Notes under the pieces: generated by a model
The model's input: the letters and a program-made list of their open reading frames with translations, nothing else
What the model was told of the DNA's origin: nothing
The model's database searches: none
Program-made: the position numbers and the translations under genes
Assembly: GCA_049975265.1 (NCBI GenBank)
Contig: JBNGDF010000010.1
Coordinates: 1-44,879 of the forward strand
DNA: 44,879 nt
From: Fidelibacterota bacterium
GTDB lineage: Bacteria; Fidelibacterota; UBA2242
Direction of reading: 5' to 3'
Shown: positions 41,485-44,879 of the stretch, piece after piece
Numbering within the stretch: the stretch's first letter is position 1
How the letters are laid out: every line of letters starts with the position of its first letter

Positions 41485-42491
41485 TTTGATGGCTCCCCGA
41501 ATATTTTAGGTCTGGTATACCGATTGATCAACGGAACAAAGGCATTCATAAAGAGAATTGAATACATCACCCCTTCCGGTAAACCGCCGAACAATCGAAT
41601 AATAATCAGCACGATTCCCATACCGATACCGTAAATCCAGGTCCCCAGCGGTGTCACCGGCGATGTAACCATATCCGTCGCCATAAAAAAAGCACCCAGC
41701 ATCAGCCCGCCGGAAAAGAGATGAAAGACCGGATCGGGATACTGTTCCGGATTGACCAGCCAGAACAGTCCGCCGAGTATGAAAACGGTACCGAGATAAC
41801 TGAGCGGAATCCGCCAGTCAGCATATTTTTTTATCAATAAATAAACTCCGCCGATAATAATCAGCAGAGCGCTGGTTTCGCCGATACAGCCTCCGATTTT
41901 CCCCATAAACAGATCAAAGTAGGGTGTCATCACCTTTTCAAATTTGAAAGAGCCAAGCGGTGTCGCCGTGGTGACGGCGTCCAGGCTGATCGGTGCTGTC
42001 CAGGTGGTCATTTTCACCGAAAAACTGGTTTGCAAAAACGCCCGCCCCAAAAGCGCCGGGTTGAAAATATTGTACCCCAGCCCCCCGAAAATCTGCTTAC
42101 CGATGGCAATGGCAAAGACCGCACCGACCGCGGCATAGGCTCTGGGAAACGCCGGCGGCAGGGTCAGCGCCAACAAGAGTCCGGTCAAAACCGCACTGCC
42201 GTCACCAATAAACTCCCGACCGCGCATTTTGTGGATCACAATCTCGGTAGCCACGGCAGCAATCACCGAAGCCAATATGGTCAGCAAAACACCAAAACCA
42301 AAATTATAGACACCATACACCACCGCCGGTAATAAGGCGGCATTCACCGTCCACATGATTTGGGGAACACTATCGGTTTTTGCCAAGTGTGGCGAAGAGC
42401 GGAGCAAAAACATTGTTTCAGTCTTCTTTTCTTTGCTCACCGGTTTCTCTACAGTGGCTTTTTCTTCAGATCCAGGTTTTGTCTCTTCCAT
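41481..42491 (-). CDS. rnfD: Rnf complex subunit D
   Basis: SSPH, DGSAVLTGLLLALTLP, KQIFGGLG.NIFNPA, DAVTTATPL, FMATD.VTSP. Confidence 0.95.
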   Translation of the reverse strand: MEETKPGSEEKATVEKPVSKEKKTETMFLLRSSPHLAKTDSVPQIMWTVNAALLPAVVYGVYNFGFGVLLTILASVIAAVATEIVIHKMRGREFIGDGSAVLTGLLLALTLPPAFPRAYAAVGAVFAIAIGKQIFGGLGYNIFNPALLGRAFLQTSFSVKMTTWTAPISLDAVTTATPLGSFKFEKVMTPYFDLFMGKIGGCIGETSALLIIIGGVYLLIKKYADWRIPLSYLGTVFILGGLFWLVNPEQYPDPVFHLFSGGLMLGAFFMATDMVTSPVTPLGTWIYGIGMGIVLIIIRLFGGLPEGVMYSILFMNAFVPLINRYTRPKIFGEPSK

Positions 42492-42509
42492 CTGAATAAA
42501 TTCTTTCTG

Positions 42510-43847
42510 TTATGCGTTTATCGTTTTCCCTTTGTTTTTCAATTCATTGACTTTTAATTTGCCGATTCGGATGCGTTGCACGAGTGGAATATTAGAAGGA
42601 CAGCTGTAGGCACAGGAACCGCATTCGATACAGTTTAGAATACCCAGGCTCTCCGCCGCTTCCCAGTCTTCGACCTGCGTAAAACGAGCCAGGCGGGTGG
42701 GCAGCAGATTCATGGGGCAAACGCTGATGCAATTACCGCATTGAATACAGGGATATTCCCTTTTTCTATAAACCGATGCATCCGCCAGACAGAGAATCCC
42801 GCTGGTCGCCTTAATAACCGGCACATTTTGCGTATGCTGCGCCACCCCCATCATGGGGCCCCCCATGACTATTTGCACCACATCGTCAGTCAGACCGCCG
42901 GAGAAATCGATCAAATTTTGAAATGGCGTACCTATTCTTGCGATTACGTTCTTCGGTTCCTTAACGCCATCCCCGGTAACCGTTACCACCCGCTCAATCA
43001 GCGGTTTGCGCCGGATAACCGCATCAGCAACGGCAATGGCGGTGCCTACATTATTGACTACAACACCCACATCCAGCGGTAAACCACCGGTGGGAACATT
43101 CCGATTAAGAACAGCGTTAATCAGCATTTTTTCGGCACCCTGCGGATATTTTATCTGCAGCGGTATTACATCAATATTATTATATGCTTTGGAAGCCTTT
43201 TCCAGTGCTGCGATTGCATCGGGTTTATTATTCTCAATGCCGATGATACCCCGCTCAACGTTCAGTGTTTTCATCAAAATGCGTACGCCTGACACGACCT
43301 CGTCCGGCTGCTCCACCATCATGTGGTGATCCGCCGTCAGATAGGGTTCGCATTCACAACCATTCAAAATAAAGGTGTCAATCGTACGACCTCGCGGTGG
43401 ACTCAGTTTTACATGAGTCGGAAAAGCCGCGCCTCCCAGACCAACCACACCGGCTTTCTGGATTGATTCAACAATCTCGTCATTTGAGAGCTTTTCCCAG
43501 TCGGCATCGGCACTCTCTGATTCGATCCAATTATCTTCGCCGTCTCCGACGATTTGAATCATCTGACTGTTTATACCGAGAGGGTGCGGAAAATTATCAA
43601 TGGTTTTAACCTTACCGGAAATTGTGGCATGGACCGGACTGGAGACAAATCCGCTGCTCTGACCAATGATCTCACCAGTCCGGACCTCCTGCCCTTTTTC
43701 AACTATAGGGCGGCAGGGCGCACCGATATGTTGATGGAGTGGAATAAAGACCTCTTCCGGCAGCGGCAAACGCTCCAGCGATTTCTGTGCTGATAAATAT
43801 TTATACTCCGGCGGGTGTACTCCTTTTCGAAATGTCTTCAATTTCAT
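42510..43847 (-). CDS. rnfC: Rnf complex subunit C
   Basis: GVHPP, QHIGAP, GLGGAAFPT, ECEPYLTAD, YPQGAEK, two CxxCxxCxxxCP. ATG43847 with AGGAG SD. Confidence 0.95.
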   Translation of the reverse strand: MKLKTFRKGVHPPEYKYLSAQKSLERLPLPEEVFIPLHQHIGAPCRPIVEKGQEVRTGEIIGQSSGFVSSPVHATISGKVKTIDNFPHPLGINSQMIQIVGDGEDNWIESESADADWEKLSNDEIVESIQKAGVVGLGGAAFPTHVKLSPPRGRTIDTFILNGCECEPYLTADHHMMVEQPDEVVSGVRILMKTLNVERGIIGIENNKPDAIAALEKASKAYNNIDVIPLQIKYPQGAEKMLINAVLNRNVPTGGLPLDVGVVVNNVGTAIAVADAVIRRKPLIERVVTVTGDGVKEPKNVIARIGTPFQNLIDFSGGLTDDVVQIVMGGPMMGVAQHTQNVPVIKATSGILCLADASVYRKREYPCIQCGNCISVCPMNLLPTRLARFTQVEDWEAAESLGILNCIECGSCAYSCPSNIPLVQRIRIGKLKVNELKNKGKTINA

Positions 43848-44098
43848 CGAAATCTGACTCCTGTTTACTCTCGCTTTGCTGACAAAAAAAATGCCAGCCA
43901 AATTTATGAGTTTCACAAATAATATGCCCGTACTTTTTTCCGGGGAGATTTGGAAAAATGAGCCAAATGATCGACAATCTTCAAATCCGGTTTTGGTTTC
44001 AAGCAACCTGAAAAATTCCAGAATGCAAGAATTTACCGGGAACTTTTCCCGCTTTTGGTTTTTAGAAAAAATGGACGTAAGTTTGACTGCTTTTTGAC

Positions 44099-44451
44099 GG
44101 GGGCGAATGGATTCGACGGGATTGAAGAAACGTTGAATTGCGTGTCGTGGTTTTCAGGAGGGCCACGTTAATAAACCTGAAACACCTCAAATGCCAATTC
44201 GTATGGCACCGTTGCTTACGCGTAGTTAAGCAACCGTTCTCATCAAATGTTGTCTGTTGGTTTGGTGAGAGCGTCGTTTTAACAGACTAGCCCGGCACAT
44301 TGCCCGTGCATGCCGGGTGAAACTTTAGCGGGCTGGCTTTTTCGCTCGTTTGTTTGTTGTCGGCGAAAAGGCAAGACTTCACGACAAACTACACACGTAG
44401 TGGTTCAGCGCTTCTCTTTTTCGGACGGGAGTTCGATTCTCCCCGCCTCCA
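44099..44451 (+). ncRNA. ssrA: tmRNA; predicted tag (A)ANSYGTVAYA* at 44193-44225
   Basis: 5' GGGGGCG..GGATTCGACGGG; 3' GGGAGTTCGATTCTCCCCGCCTCCA with G3-U pair; short internal ORF starting GCC AAT. Confidence 0.95.
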
Positions 44452-44462
44452 CGCTTCGTCCC

Positions 44463-44879
44463 GATTTCATCGTGACTACGCATGGCACGCCACGCTGCCT
44501 GTTTTTCAGCATGAAATGTCAATGTCTTCTCAACGAAGCGTGTCCTGCGGAGTGACGATTGATCGACACAGAGCAGGACTGTCATGTTTTACACCTACAT
44601 TATCCGCAGCAAATTCGACCCAATCCAGACCTATATCGGGTATTCTTCAAACCTTAGCCAGCGAGTTCAGTACCATAACTCGGGTAAATGCAAGCACACA
44701 GCAAAATATTTACCCTGGGAACTCATTTTCTATGCCGCCTTTAATACCAAGAAAAAGGCTATGGATTTCGAAAAATATCTGAAATCCCATTCTGGTAAAG
44801 CCTTCGCAAGTAAACGTCTGCTCTGATTTCATCGTGACTACGCATGGCACGCCACGCTGCCTGTTTTTCAGCATGAAAT
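44463..44879. repeat. At least 55-bp perfect direct repeat flanking the GIY-YIG gene (44463-44517 and 44825-44879; period 362 bp; runs off the window)
   Basis: GATTTCATCGTGACTACGCATGGCACGCCACGCTGCCTGTTTTTCAGCATGAAAT occurs twice. Confidence 0.93.
44584..44826 (+). CDS. Stand-alone GIY-YIG nuclease family protein
   Basis: TYII...TYIGYS..L..R...HNSG...HT.KY.PW.L..Y.AF.....A..FEKYLKS.SG.AF; AGGA SD. Confidence 0.92.
   Translation: MFYTYIIRSKFDPIQTYIGYSSNLSQRVQYHNSGKCKHTAKYLPWELIFYAAFNTKKKAMDFEKYLKSHSGKAFASKRLL

Overview
About 45 kb of chromosome from a probably anaerobic, Gram-negative bacterium. The short RpoD-type sigma factor, TonB-dependent receptor, Tat substrates and lapAB point to the FCB group or a related candidate phylum (inference only). 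Most of the window is housekeeping: mutY, a TPP-riboswitch-controlled TonB receptor, miaB-lapA-lapB-SPOR, pncB-archease-rtcB, a PreP-type peptidase, groES/EL and rnfCDGEAB-rseC-apbE. It also carries four tRNAs (Sec, Arg-ACG, Pro-CGG, Arg-CCG) and tmRNA. The most striking signal is two independent cassettes, each a stand-alone ~80-aa GIY-YIG nuclease gene tandemly repeated directly behind a structural RNA 3' end (tRNA-Pro and tmRNA). Both are associated with a shared TCCCGA-N4/5-TCGGGA palindrome. At tRNA-Pro the repeat unit includes a tRNA mimic whose anticodon arm and part of the T-arm are precisely replaced by that palindrome. Also notable: an AT-rich insert behind tRNA-Sec with a nonsense-interrupted ClpP-class protease gene, an in-frame TGA near the start of an ABC exporter, a double-domain RnfG, and a MutY with an intact Nudix box. 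All calls come from reading motifs by eye; no searches were run.
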